From the NCBI GenBank assembly GCA_965207455.1, contig CBDBMJ010000001.1, positions 640,001 to 704,000 of the forward strand: a DNA stretch of 64,000 nucleotides, given 5' to 3'. Position numbers and translations under genes: made by a program. Below, one piece after another: positions 21,293 to 32,577 of this stretch. Source of the stretch: Bdellovibrionota bacterium. Lineage in GTDB: Bacteria; Bdellovibrionota; UBA1018; CAIPTA01; JAALKR01. Position 1 is the first letter of the stretch; each line of letters starts with the position of its first letter. Under the pieces are notes generated by a model. The model had not been told where the DNA came from, searched no databases, and saw only the letters and a list, made by a program, of their open reading frames with translations.

Positions 21293-21883
21293 TTAGTATT
21301 CTTCTCTAACTTTCTTAAAGTAATAGCAGTAGGAATAGATCGTACCATCTGGAGAACTCATCTTCGACAGAAGATATTCTCTATCTGATTCTAGTCCTAT
21401 TGATCCCTTTCTTACGTTATATATAGTGCGAGGACCGGCATTAACTATAAGACTTCCATCTTCCTGCATTGACGGCTTTGCCTCACGTATTACGGCATTG
21501 TTTATATGGTTTATTAGCAAATTACTTGCACTATCAATATTGTCAAAATAATTTGGATCGCCTCCTTCATTCACAAGGAGCGTATATTTATGCTGTGGGT
21601 CGAACCCAGGACCAATCAGAGCGTTGCCGATAAATCCAGCGATCAATACGTTCCTTGCAACGTTTGGTGTACTTTGATAAAAGCATCGTCCACTTGTCCA
21701 ACCAAGAATATCAATCTCCTGTGCTGTTTCTGCATTGTTGAACTTCTCTTCCAGTCGGTCGAAGTAAGAGCCATTCCCCATCCCATTGGCCAGTGGTTCG
21801 TTATTTTGTACATTGGCCATTGCTGATACAGAAAATGCACATAAAAATATCAGTACATAGTGTTTTATATTATTTTTCATCAT
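21293..21883 (-). CDS. Secreted hypothetical protein
   Basis: AAGGAG RBS; signal peptide ending AMA; GWTSGRCF motif and C-terminal YCYYFK. Confidence 0.75.
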   Translation of the reverse strand: MMKNNIKHYVLIFLCAFSVSAMANVQNNEPLANGMGNGSYFDRLEEKFNNAETAQEIDILGWTSGRCFYQSTPNVARNVLIAGFIGNALIGPGFDPQHKYTLLVNEGGDPNYFDNIDSASNLLINHINNAVIREAKPSMQEDGSLIVNAGPRTIYNVRKGSIGLESDREYLLSKMSSPDGTIYSYCYYFKKVREEY

Positions 21884-22388
21884 TTTTTATTCTCCTTTAT
21901 TTTAGTTTCGTTCATTTTGTTTAGCTTTTACAGAAGCAAAAACTATTAAAAGGCTATAAGATGCAAATATGCCTGTCAATAGTATTTTTAACAATTTTAT
22001 CGACGCATTTTGCAATTTTATTTAACGTAAAGTATTCTTTCATTTTTTATGCGATGCTTTTGGCACGACTAATAAAAAATATTTTAATGCACTTATTAGC
22101 TTGGAATTTGCCATCATCCTTTTGAAGAAAAAATAATTAATTTTTGCATTGAGTTGAATATGCTTTCCTGATAAAAGTCTGAAATGTACGAGTTCGAATA
22201 TTTCCTGTTTTGAGGGGAGTTCTTGGATTAGGCAGGAGCTTTAGGCTTTCATAAGGAGAACCCTAAACTATGCATATAAACAACAGTTGTGGAGTGCAAG
22301 CGAGCACCCCTTTCACAATTCCTATACCGATAGGTTCAATATTCCACAAATCACTATCTAGTCAATGAGGGGTTTGGTTCACAAGTAA

Positions 22389-22685
22389 TTAAAGAAACTG
22401 CTTACAGTTGGCCCTACTACTATTACAACCTAGAAAATTGGTTCTTGTGAAATTTTCGGTTCTTCCTGAAATTTTCTCTTCACAGGTTTCTTTGATGTCT
22501 TCATAGCAAGCATAAATTCCCTTAGGATTAGATCCACAACGAGAGTAATCATATTCTCCACGTTTATCAGTTTTTGTGCTACAATGCCAATCCTCATCAG
22601 CTTCATCACATTTATTATGGGCAAAAGCTGATACTCCCCCACCTGTCAACATCAAAATACATATAGTTATTCTTAAGTAGTTCAT
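22389..22685 (-). CDS. Small secreted Cys-rich protein (paralog of 16322..16600)
   Basis: Same MNYLRITICIL start and W.C...YDY.RCG.NP...YACYED.KETC pattern; AGGAGG RBS. Confidence 0.8.
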   Translation of the reverse strand: MNYLRITICILMLTGGGVSAFAHNKCDEADEDWHCSTKTDKRGEYDYSRCGSNPKGIYACYEDIKETCEEKISGRTENFTRTNFLGCNSSRANCKQFL

Positions 22686-22876
22686 ATAATATCCTCCTAT
22701 TAGTTGTTGTTATAAAAACAGTATATCACATTAATAAATTGAGGCAACTTTTTTATACGAATTATAGCAAATCATAAATGCGTCAAAATATTCTTTTCCG
22801 ATTATGTAAAAAATATAGTTCAAAAAATAGTTACTTTTTGCTTCTATAAGAGAGCTGAAAAAAATAAAAACTAAAG

Positions 22877-23803
22877 CTAAGCCATTTTATGAGCTTGGGC
22901 AATTCGTTCTTCCCTGCGAGCCATAAATAAAAATACGGGGCTTGCTATAAAAATAGAGGAGTAGGTTCCCACAATAACTCCAATAAATAGGGCTTCCGCA
23001 AAGTCTCGAATAATACCGCCGGCAAATATCCATAGAGCGCTAACAGAGAGTAGGGTGGTTAGGCTGGTAATAATTGTTCGGCTTAGGGTGCGATTTAAGC
23101 CTTCATTGATATTTACTTCCAGGTCTTGTTTCGGGTTGGCTTTTATGGTTTCTCGAATGCGGTCGTAGACGATAATGGTGTCGTTGATGGAGTATCCGAT
23201 AATGGTAAGTACGGCAGCTACAATTTGCAGGGAGAATTCCTGTTGTGTCACTAAAAACACACCCATGATTAAAATAGAATCGTGGGCTAGGGCAATGATA
23301 GCTCCAGGGGAATAGCGAAAGTCGAAGCGAATAATAATATAGATGAGTATGCCGATAATGGCGTATATGGCAGCCCAGAGGCTAGCAGTACGAAGCGCCT
23401 TTCCTGCACGGGGGCCTACCACGTCCACCTTTCGAATGGTAAACATTCCTGCACCTACGCTTTTTGTGAAAACAGTTTCTATTTGGGTGGAGATTTTTTG
23501 AAGGTTATCGGCGTTACCGTCCAGTTTTAATTGAAATTCATTTTCTCCAGCGTTGCCGATACTTTGGAGGATGGAAAATCGGATATTGCCATCGTTGAGC
23601 CATTTACGAACGTCTCTTGTTTGAGTGGGTTCTTTGAATTGAAATTGAACTACAGCACCGCCGGAAAAGTCGATACCGAAGTTAAGATTTTTTGTGAATA
23701 ACAAAAGGAAGGTAATGAGAATAAGTCCACAGGAGACTGCAAGCCAGGTGCTTCTTTGTCCCATAAAATCAATATTGGTGTTTGTGGGTATAATTTCTAG
23801 CAT
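22877..23803 (-). CDS. secF: Protein translocase subunit SecF
   Basis: GIDFSGG, GYSINDTIIVYDRIRE and GTYSSIFIA motifs. Confidence 0.96.
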   Translation of the reverse strand: MLEIIPTNTNIDFMGQRSTWLAVSCGLILITFLLLFTKNLNFGIDFSGGAVVQFQFKEPTQTRDVRKWLNDGNIRFSILQSIGNAGENEFQLKLDGNADNLQKISTQIETVFTKSVGAGMFTIRKVDVVGPRAGKALRTASLWAAIYAIIGILIYIIIRFDFRYSPGAIIALAHDSILIMGVFLVTQQEFSLQIVAAVLTIIGYSINDTIIVYDRIRETIKANPKQDLEVNINEGLNRTLSRTIITSLTTLLSVSALWIFAGGIIRDFAEALFIGVIVGTYSSIFIASPVFLFMARREERIAQAHKMA

Positions 23804-23817
23804 AATTTTATCCTTCT

Positions 23818-25551
23818 TTAAATACTAATCATGGCTTCATTTTTTCTAGATGGGCGCATAATCCAAAGGTCAAACAACATGCGGGTTACAAAAACAGCGG
23901 TAAATAGTGAAGTGATAATTCCAATGAGTAGGGTTACGGCAAATCCTCGAATGGGTCCAGTGCCGAATTCCATGAGTACTAATGCGGCCACTGCGGTGGT
24001 AATATTTGCGTCTAGGATGGTTGCCCATGCGTAGGAGAATCCTTGTTCTAGAGCGGATACGGCAGATTTACCCATGCGTAGTTCTTCTCGAATACGTTCG
24101 TATATAATTACGTTAGCGTCCACGGACATACCAATGGTAAGGGCGATGCCGGCGATACCGGGGAGGGTGAGGGTGGCGCCTAGGCCCACTAGAATAGCAA
24201 AGATAAATAGGGAGTTTAGGAGTAGGGCCACAACGGAAATACAACCAGCAAACTTATAGTATATGATCATAAAAAGAAAGATGAGGGCAAAGGCAATGAG
24301 GCTTGCTTTTCGTCCTGAAGCGATGGAGTCTGCACCAAGGCTGGGACCCACCACCCTTTGTTCTTGGAATTCTAATTTTGCGGGCAGGGCTCCTGCACGG
24401 AGAATAATGGCAATATCGCTGGCTTCTTTGAGGATGTCCTGATAATTTCCTCGACCCATGCTGATACGAGCACTACCCTGGGAAATTCTTTCTTGGAGTA
24501 CGGGAGCGGTATAGACCACACCGTCGAGCACAATGGCTAGGCGTTTACCCACATTGTCTCCAGTGAGTTTGTCGAATTTAGCTGTGCCCCTATAGTTAAA
24601 GTTTAGGGAAACGATGGGAAATCTGTCCTGTTGGTCGATGGAGGCAAAGGCGTCTTGGAGGTCCTGTCCCGTTACGTCCACTTTCTTTTTTAGGAGATAG
24701 GGTAGTTTGCCGGTTTCTTTTCCCGTAACAGGGTCTTTTATACGACCAAAGGCAATTTCCGTATCTTTGGGTATTTCCTTGCCCACAAATTTATTGATAT
24801 TGCTCACATAGGTACTGAGATCTAATTTTTTAGGAAAGGAATCTTTATTTTCTTTTTCTATTTTCACCACTAGCGCAGCAAGTTTGGCTGGGGTAATGCT
24901 TTCATCGTCTACGATTTGAAATTCTAGTTTGGCCACTTTACCAATGATGGATTTTGCTCGGTCCACATCTTTCACGCCAGGCAGTTCAATAAGGATTTTA
25001 TCTGATCCATGGGAGGTAATGACAGGTTCTTTTACGCCGAACTTATCCGTACGGTTACGGATCACCTCAATGGCCTGTTCTATGGTTTTCGTGCGAATAA
25101 AGGTTAGTTGGGAGTTACTAAGGGCTAGTACAAAACGGGCTCCCTCTTGGAGAACAATTTTATAGGTGGTGCCGTAGATTTCTTTAAGAGAAATACGGAA
25201 ATTTTCTGCATTTTTTGGGTCTTCAAGGATTATTTCCATTTGGGGGTCTAGGGGAGGGGAGTTCTTTATAAATTCAAAGCCTTTGATTTTGAAAGTGCCA
25301 TCCTCATTGTTCTTGAATTCTTTGATCATGGTTTCCGTGGTGCGGGTAAGGTTTTCCTTAAAAACTTCGGGAAACTGGGCTCCCATAATCATATAGAGGC
25401 CGCCTTGTAGGTCCAAGCCCAGGTTGATTCTATTTTTGATAGGGAAATTTTCCAGGTCGATCTGGGGAAACAGGGTGGGTATGACCTGGAGGACAGCTAT
25501 TGTTGTGAGACCAAGAAAAAGTATGAATTTATACCACCAAGATTTTCGCAT
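23818..25551 (-). CDS. secD: Protein translocase subunit SecD
   Basis: LGLDLQGG, VGPSLG, DANVIIYERIREE and GPIRGFAVTL motifs. Confidence 0.96.
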   Translation of the reverse strand: MRKSWWYKFILFLGLTTIAVLQVIPTLFPQIDLENFPIKNRINLGLDLQGGLYMIMGAQFPEVFKENLTRTTETMIKEFKNNEDGTFKIKGFEFIKNSPPLDPQMEIILEDPKNAENFRISLKEIYGTTYKIVLQEGARFVLALSNSQLTFIRTKTIEQAIEVIRNRTDKFGVKEPVITSHGSDKILIELPGVKDVDRAKSIIGKVAKLEFQIVDDESITPAKLAALVVKIEKENKDSFPKKLDLSTYVSNINKFVGKEIPKDTEIAFGRIKDPVTGKETGKLPYLLKKKVDVTGQDLQDAFASIDQQDRFPIVSLNFNYRGTAKFDKLTGDNVGKRLAIVLDGVVYTAPVLQERISQGSARISMGRGNYQDILKEASDIAIILRAGALPAKLEFQEQRVVGPSLGADSIASGRKASLIAFALIFLFMIIYYKFAGCISVVALLLNSLFIFAILVGLGATLTLPGIAGIALTIGMSVDANVIIYERIREELRMGKSAVSALEQGFSYAWATILDANITTAVAALVLMEFGTGPIRGFAVTLLIGIITSLFTAVFVTRMLFDLWIMRPSRKNEAMISI

Positions 25552-25576
25552 AATTTATTTTCTTTCCGTTCTTTGG

Positions 25577-25894
25577 TTATTTGCCATTTTTAATAATGCT
25601 TGCAACCTGAGATTTGAGTACTTTAATACGGACATTATCTGCTATCTCCACAGTTATCACTTTATCTGTCACTCCTGTTATCTTACCAAAGATTCCAGCT
25701 TGTGTTACAACTTCTTCACCTTTTTGTAGTCCATCTTGCATTTTTTTCTGTTCCTGCACTTTTTTCTGCTGGGGGCGGATGAGTAGAAAGTAAAAAACCA
25801 CGAACATAAGAATAAAGGGCAGGAATGCCATAATTCCTGGGGCTTGGGGTGGGGCGATGGGGTTGTCTGCGGCAAAAGCTATGGTAAAAATCAT
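25577..25894 (-). CDS. yajC: Preprotein translocase subunit YajC
   Basis: FYFLLIRPQQK and GEEVVTQAGIFG motifs; lies between tgt and secD. Confidence 0.95.
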   Translation of the reverse strand: MIFTIAFAADNPIAPPQAPGIMAFLPFILMFVVFYFLLIRPQQKKVQEQKKMQDGLQKGEEVVTQAGIFGKITGVTDKVITVEIADNVRIKVLKSQVASIIKNGK

Positions 25895-25911
25895 GGTGTC
25901 CTCGTTATTGG

Positions 25912-27054
<1,143 letters not shown>

Positions 27055-27056
27055 TT

Positions 27057-28574
27057 ATGGAAAAACACCAATCTAAAAAAGAAAAGGAAGCGATTCTCGC
27101 ATTGCCTGGAGGTCCTTTGGAGGGGCAGCCCCGGGTTCGTTTTGCTCCTTCTCCAACGGGGAGTCTTCATGTTGGTGGGGCTCGCACCTATCTTTTTAAT
27201 TGGCTCTATGCCCGTCATGTAGGTGGAAAAATATTGATTCGTGTGGAGGACACGGATCAGGAGCGTTCCACGCCTGAGTTTGAGCGTATGGTGTTAAGTG
27301 ATCTTGATAATTTAAATTTGGAGTATGACGAGGGACCGGAGAAGCCGTCGGATTTAAATGTGGGGCCCTATCGTCAGTCGGAGCGTTTGGAAATTTACGG
27401 TGTTTTTGCCCATGCTATTTTAGAAAAGGGTGCGGCTTACCGTTGTTTTTGTACGGAAAGTGATTTGGATAGGAAGGCGAAGTTGGCAAAAGAGAAGGGT
27501 AGGCCTCCCCATTACGATGGAACTTGTGCCCATTTGTCTCCAGAGGAGAGCGATCGACGAGCCCAAAAGGATTCTTTTGCTATTCGCATGGCTGTTCCTC
27601 CCAAGGATTATATTCTTAGGGATCATATTCGGGGGAACATTACATTTAAGCATGGAATGGTGGGGGATTTTATTCTCCTTCGATCCAACAAGATTCCCGT
27701 ATATAATTTTGCGGTGGTGATAGATGATTACCTTATGCACATTAGTCATGTGATCCGTGCAGAGGAGCATATGCCCAATTCTCTCCGACAGATGATGATC
27801 ATGGAGGCATTGGATATTCCTCAGCCCACGTTTGCCCATATTAGTTTAGTGTTGGGAAGTGATCGGAAGAAGCTTTCCAAGCGACACGGGGCTGCCTCGG
27901 TGGACGACTATCTCAGTGAGGGTTATCTCTCTGAAGCGTTAGTGAATTTTCTAGCTCTTTTGGGTTGGTCTCCGTCGGACAATAAAGAGATTTGTTCTCT
28001 TCCCAAGATCATTGAGAGTTTTCATTTGGAAAAGCTCACCAAGTCTCCGGCTATTTTTGATACGGAAAAATTGCGTTGGATGAACGGGGAGTATATTCGG
28101 GCCATGGATAGGGAGGCATTGCTTGTGCGCCTTCGTCCTTTTGTGGAAAAAGCGGGCTATAATGTGGATAAAAATGGCAAGGAGTGGTTTTTGCGTGTTC
28201 TCGATTCAGTTCATGAGAGCCTGCACCTATTGTCGGACATTGGACCTGCTCTGGAGATTTATTATCCAGAGACCTATCAAATCGACGAGGAGGCCAGTGC
28301 CATGTTAAGTTCGCCTGAGGCTCAGAAAGTGGTGGAGGCTTTTCGGGAGGAGTTAGAAGATCAGGCTGAGGCATCGGTGGAGAGTTTAGTAGCGATACAG
28401 AGTGGGGTGAAGGCAAAGACGGGTACTAAGGGGAAGGATTTATTTATGCCGCTCCGTGCCTGTATCACAGGCAAGTTAAAGGGCCCTGAATTGAAGTTGG
28501 TTTTCCCGTTGATTGGGAAAGAGGAAGCTTTGAGGAGAGTGGGTATGGCCCAGAAAATTTCTTCCGTGGGTTGA
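27057..28574 (+). CDS. gltX: Glutamate--tRNA ligase
   Basis: RFAPSPTGSLHVG and KLSKR motifs; anticodon-binding domain present. Confidence 0.95.
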   Translation: MEKHQSKKEKEAILALPGGPLEGQPRVRFAPSPTGSLHVGGARTYLFNWLYARHVGGKILIRVEDTDQERSTPEFERMVLSDLDNLNLEYDEGPEKPSDLNVGPYRQSERLEIYGVFAHAILEKGAAYRCFCTESDLDRKAKLAKEKGRPPHYDGTCAHLSPEESDRRAQKDSFAIRMAVPPKDYILRDHIRGNITFKHGMVGDFILLRSNKIPVYNFAVVIDDYLMHISHVIRAEEHMPNSLRQMMIMEALDIPQPTFAHISLVLGSDRKKLSKRHGAASVDDYLSEGYLSEALVNFLALLGWSPSDNKEICSLPKIIESFHLEKLTKSPAIFDTEKLRWMNGEYIRAMDREALLVRLRPFVEKAGYNVDKNGKEWFLRVLDSVHESLHLLSDIGPALEIYYPETYQIDEEASAMLSSPEAQKVVEAFREELEDQAEASVESLVAIQSGVKAKTGTKGKDLFMPLRACITGKLKGPELKLVFPLIGKEEALRRVGMAQKISSVG

Positions 28575-28643
28575 CAAATCCCCAATCATAACCAAATTAT
28601 TCATACAGACAGGCTCAAAAAAACAGAACAAGGAGAAAACAAC

Positions 28644-30590
28644 ATGCCAAAGACAGAAAAAAAGACAGAAAAAAAGACAGAAAAAAAGACAAAAAAGAAA
28701 TTTCAAGCCGAGGTGACAAAGATTTTACACCTCATGGTTCACTCCCTTTATTCGAAAAAAGAGATATTTTTACGCGAGTTGGTGTCCAACGCATCGGACG
28801 CACTGGATAAGTTCCGATTTGAGGCGATATCCAACACCAAGCTTAGCAGTAAAGAGGAGCTTCATATTCGACTCCTACCGAACAAGAAGGAGCGCACATT
28901 AACCATTGAGGACAACGGCATTGGTATGGACTACCAGGAGGTACAGGACAATATCGGCACCATTGCTCAATCGGGCACTACTCAGTTTTTGGATAAATTA
29001 CAGGAGGCCAAGGATCAACCAGATTTGATTGGTCAATTTGGAGTGGGATTTTATTCTTCCTTTATTGTGGCAGACAAGGTGAGTTTGCACACTCAAAAGG
29101 CAGGGGAAGAGACTGGCGTGGTGTGGGAGTCCACTGGAGACGGCACGTATACATTGGAAAAAAAGGCTCGAGAAAAGGGGCATGGCACCTCGGTTACGCT
29201 TTTTTTAAAGGAGGATTTGGATCAGGACTTTACAGAGGAGTGGGTATTAAAGATGTTCGTAAAAAAATATTCGGACTTTATTTCCTTTCCCATAAAGATG
29301 GAATGTGTAAGGGAAAAGCCTATTGAGAAATCTACAGACAAGTCTGCAGACCAGTCTGCGGAAAAATCTCCAGAGAAGTATATGGAAGATGAGGTTTTAA
29401 ACAGTCGGACCGCAGTGTGGTTACAGAGTGCAAAAGATCTTTCAAAAGACGAGTACAAGGAGTTTTACAAGCACATTTCCCATGATTGGAACGATCCCCA
29501 TAAGCATATTCATTTTAAAGCTGAGGGCACTTCTGAGTTTTCTGCTCTTGTGTATGTTCCCTCTCAAGCGCCCCGTGATTTTTATCTCCAAGACGGAAAA
29601 TGGGGGTTGCAGTTATATACCAAGCGTGTATTTATCACAGCTAATTGTGAGGGGCTTATTCCTTCCTACTTAAGATTTTTAAAGGGAGTGGTGGATAGTA
29701 GTGATCTCTCTCTCAACGTTTCTAGGGAGATGTTACAGCAAGATCATCAAGTGCAGCAGATTAAAAAAGCGCTTACCAGTAAGGTATTGTCTTGTTTCAA
29801 GGATTGGATCAAGAAAGATAGGTCTGAGTATGAAAAATTATGGGCTACGTTTGGTGCTGTATTTAAGGAAGGTGTTCATAGCGACTACGGCAATAAAGAG
29901 AAGCTTCTCGATCTCTTATTATTTACCAGCACCGAAGAGGAAAACAAATACACCACTTTATCTGAGTATGTGGAGCGAAAAAAAGAAGATCAGAAATCTA
30001 TTTTTTATCTTACTGGGGATAAGATCGATGAAATTCGCAAGAGTCCTATTTTAGAGCGTTTTAGATCCAAGGGCTATGAAGTATTATTACTGACGGATCC
30101 CATAGATGAGTGGGTTACAAACGCGATTGATAATTATAAGGACATGGAATTTCTTTCCGTTTTAGACGAGAAGTTAGACATTGATTCTGAAACTGAGAAG
30201 AAAGACAGGGAGAAGAAGGCTAAGCAGACAGAAAAAATGTTAAACCCTGTGGTGATGGTTTTTAAAAACACATTGAACGAAAAACTCCAGGACGTGCGCC
30301 TTTCTCGAAGGTTGGTATCCTCTCCTGTATGTTTAGTTTCCTCTGGATCTAGTGCTCGGATGGAGCGGATCATAGCCAATGCGACTGGGGAAAAAATGTC
30401 TGCTTCCAAGCGTATATTGGAGATCAACCCGGATCATAAGGTCATTCAAAAAATGTCTTCTCTGGACGACACTGCAAAAGCCAACTGGGCGAAAATACTC
30501 TATTCTCAAGCCCTACTCCAAGAGGGTTCTCCCGTGGAAAATCCTGTGGGTCTTAGCCAAGAGATAGTGGAGTTGATGGGAAGTATCTGA
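28644..30590 (+). CDS. htpG: Chaperone HtpG (Hsp90)
   Basis: FLRELVSNASDA, DNGIGM, IGQFGVGFYS and LEINPDH motifs. Confidence 0.96.
   Translation: MPKTEKKTEKKTEKKTKKKFQAEVTKILHLMVHSLYSKKEIFLRELVSNASDALDKFRFEAISNTKLSSKEELHIRLLPNKKERTLTIEDNGIGMDYQEVQDNIGTIAQSGTTQFLDKLQEAKDQPDLIGQFGVGFYSSFIVADKVSLHTQKAGEETGVVWESTGDGTYTLEKKAREKGHGTSVTLFLKEDLDQDFTEEWVLKMFVKKYSDFISFPIKMECVREKPIEKSTDKSADQSAEKSPEKYMEDEVLNSRTAVWLQSAKDLSKDEYKEFYKHISHDWNDPHKHIHFKAEGTSEFSALVYVPSQAPRDFYLQDGKWGLQLYTKRVFITANCEGLIPSYLRFLKGVVDSSDLSLNVSREMLQQDHQVQQIKKALTSKVLSCFKDWIKKDRSEYEKLWATFGAVFKEGVHSDYGNKEKLLDLLLFTSTEEENKYTTLSEYVERKKEDQKSIFYLTGDKIDEIRKSPILERFRSKGYEVLLLTDPIDEWVTNAIDNYKDMEFLSVLDEKLDIDSETEKKDREKKAKQTEKMLNPVVMVFKNTLNEKLQDVRLSRRLVSSPVCLVSSGSSARMERIIANATGEKMSASKRILEINPDHKVIQKMSSLDDTAKANWAKILYSQALLQEGSPVENPVGLSQEIVELMGSI
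28650..28691 (+). repeat. In-frame 12-bp tandem repeat AAGACAGAAAAA x3.5 (KTEK) at the htpG N-terminus
   Basis: Read directly from the sequence. Confidence 0.9.
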
Positions 30591-30743
30591 AAAATCCAGT
30601 TTCTGTAACGCACTGTTTTTAAAGCTATTTTTGTGCCTTTTTTGTGAATCAACTCGGAATTCGTCGATTTTTAAAAGTAATACTTGATTTATATTGCGTC
30701 GCAATATATATTGCTTGTACTTAAGAAACAAAGGAGTTTAATT

Positions 30744-32084
30744 ATGAAAATGAAAAAAATAGTATGGCTGTATTTCTTTTGCGCCCTTCTTCTACCTCAC
30801 ATGGCATCTGCTACGGACTTGTACCTGTTCTTTATTAATGGTGATGCTAAATATGACTATAAGGGTTGCAAAAATGGAGAAATTTCTTGCAAAGAAAAAG
30901 TGATAGGAGATGCTAGTGAGACTTTCTTAAAAAAAGCAAAAGAATTTTCTAAAACTTGTAGGGACTGCGATGTTGTTATTTTTCATGTGAAGCCATATAC
31001 GGAAACAAAAGAGTACTATGTTCAGGAACGATTTGGCACTACCTTTGGTGGTGCTAAATATAGTGTTGTACCCGAAGAATATGTAAATCCAGATAAACAT
31101 AAAAAAGTTAGCAAGAAAGTCGAACGATCTGGTCGTGTCCTTTTCTATTCAAATGGAGATATTGTAAATGAACTTCCTTTAATTATATCTAGGGACTCTT
31201 TGGGAAATATACCCAAAATAGGTCCTATTTTATCGTTAATACGCAGGTCTACTGACTTTTCTAGGGAATTAAAGAAAATAGATGAAAGTAAATTTTTTCA
31301 AAGCACATATTATAATAAACAATTTGCTTTCTTTTTTAGTCATAACATTCCAGAGGATAGTTCCAGAGAATTTTTTCAAAGCAATAAAGAAGCTAAATTT
31401 TCCATTGATGCTGCCTTAGATTTTATAAGAGGATTTTCTAAGATCAGCAACAATGGAGAAGATCGTCCGCTTGACGCTCTTTTTCTATTCAGTTGTGCTG
31501 TTGGTTTAAGTACTGTTTCTAAAATTTATAATGAAAATACCACTGATTTACTGATAGCTCATCCTACATTAGTACCATTAGAAACCTTAGTTTCATGGGA
31601 TCTTCTTTCTTTAAGAGAACACCTTTCCAGTAATAAAGATACTTATGAGAGTATTAAGACTTTTTTAGATAAGTCTTTTTCTCCTGAAGAGGAGAATTAC
31701 AAGGAAAGCCTTATGCCTGTTATTTCTGCAGATTACGCTGTTTCTATTTATAATTTAAGATATATTTCTTTTGATATGGTTTTACAAAAAGCTTTGAAGG
31801 AAGGAGAAAAAATATCAAGAAAGATAAGTAAAAGAATAGCGGATGGGCTAAGGGAGCGAGCTTCTGGAGAATCTGCTGGCAAACTAGGCATTGGACAAGT
31901 TGTAACTGGTCGGTCTCTTAAAGAAGAAATTAATTGTGGTGTCCACCCAGAAATGCAGTCTACTCTTAAAAACTTAGAGCCTTCTCTAGATAAGTATTTT
32001 TTTCAGGGGAAATCTATTAGGAGTATCTTTCACAAACAAAAGAAAAAAGTAAGAGATTTTTCTGGATGGAGCTGTCTCTTCTAA
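30744..32084 (+). CDS. Secreted hypothetical protein, possibly a divergent clan CD (clostripain/caspase-like) peptidase
   Basis: AAGGAG RBS; signal peptide ending ASA; FAFFFSH and LDALFLFSC motifs. The function call is weak. Confidence 0.6.
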   Translation: MKMKKIVWLYFFCALLLPHMASATDLYLFFINGDAKYDYKGCKNGEISCKEKVIGDASETFLKKAKEFSKTCRDCDVVIFHVKPYTETKEYYVQERFGTTFGGAKYSVVPEEYVNPDKHKKVSKKVERSGRVLFYSNGDIVNELPLIISRDSLGNIPKIGPILSLIRRSTDFSRELKKIDESKFFQSTYYNKQFAFFFSHNIPEDSSREFFQSNKEAKFSIDAALDFIRGFSKISNNGEDRPLDALFLFSCAVGLSTVSKIYNENTTDLLIAHPTLVPLETLVSWDLLSLREHLSSNKDTYESIKTFLDKSFSPEEENYKESLMPVISADYAVSIYNLRYISFDMVLQKALKEGEKISRKISKRIADGLRERASGESAGKLGIGQVVTGRSLKEEINCGVHPEMQSTLKNLEPSLDKYFFQGKSIRSIFHKQKKKVRDFSGWSCLF

Positions 32085-32577
32085 AAAATTTGCTCGGCTC
32101 TCGGTGGTTTTCAGGATAGTTGTCCCTTTAAAATTTAAACTACTCCATGTCTAGCAAGATTTTTACCATGTTTCAATAGCTTAATTTTTAAAACTCTATT
32201 TCACTGGGATTTTTCTCTTTTTTTACAGGGGACGACTTTGGCGGCTCCAGCAAGCTGTAGGGCTTGCGCCGCCAGCCGCCCGTGGTAATGAAGCAGTTGC
32301 TTGCATTTATCAATATCCCGAGAAAAATTTTCCGCAGGAGCGCGCTCATTACAATATTTCCCTCGATTCGTGTGCTCTTTGTTATAAAAATCCATGGCTT
32401 ATTCAAGTCTATCTGGATTTCATCAAGAGTTTTCTGTTTTTTTTCTGAACGCTGTCTTATAAAACTCCTATCAGGTAATTTGATTGAGCCTCTCTGTACT
32501 TCCATTCGCTTGTGAATGACAAGATTTTGTCTCGTATGCTCAATGCTATTTAAATGAAAAAGAACAGCTATTGGCCT

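Noticed and set aside
22160..22210. tRNA-like fragments (CCTGATAA...GAGTTCGAAT)
   Set aside because: No acceptor, D or T stem pairing and no CCA; a cloverleaf cannot be built
22201..22375. 6S RNA
   Set aside because: The ends are direct repeats rather than complementary, so the long closing rod is missing; kept only as an unassigned structured segment
30690..30708. Palindrome TATATTGCG-T-CGCAATATA upstream of 30744
   Set aside because: Could be an operator, but it is a single AT-rich instance with no regulator nearby, too weak to call
32188..32505. 105-aa passenger CDS in the IS3 tail
   Set aside because: No RBS or recognisable domain; it overlaps a strongly base-paired region and similar-length ORFs exist in other frames
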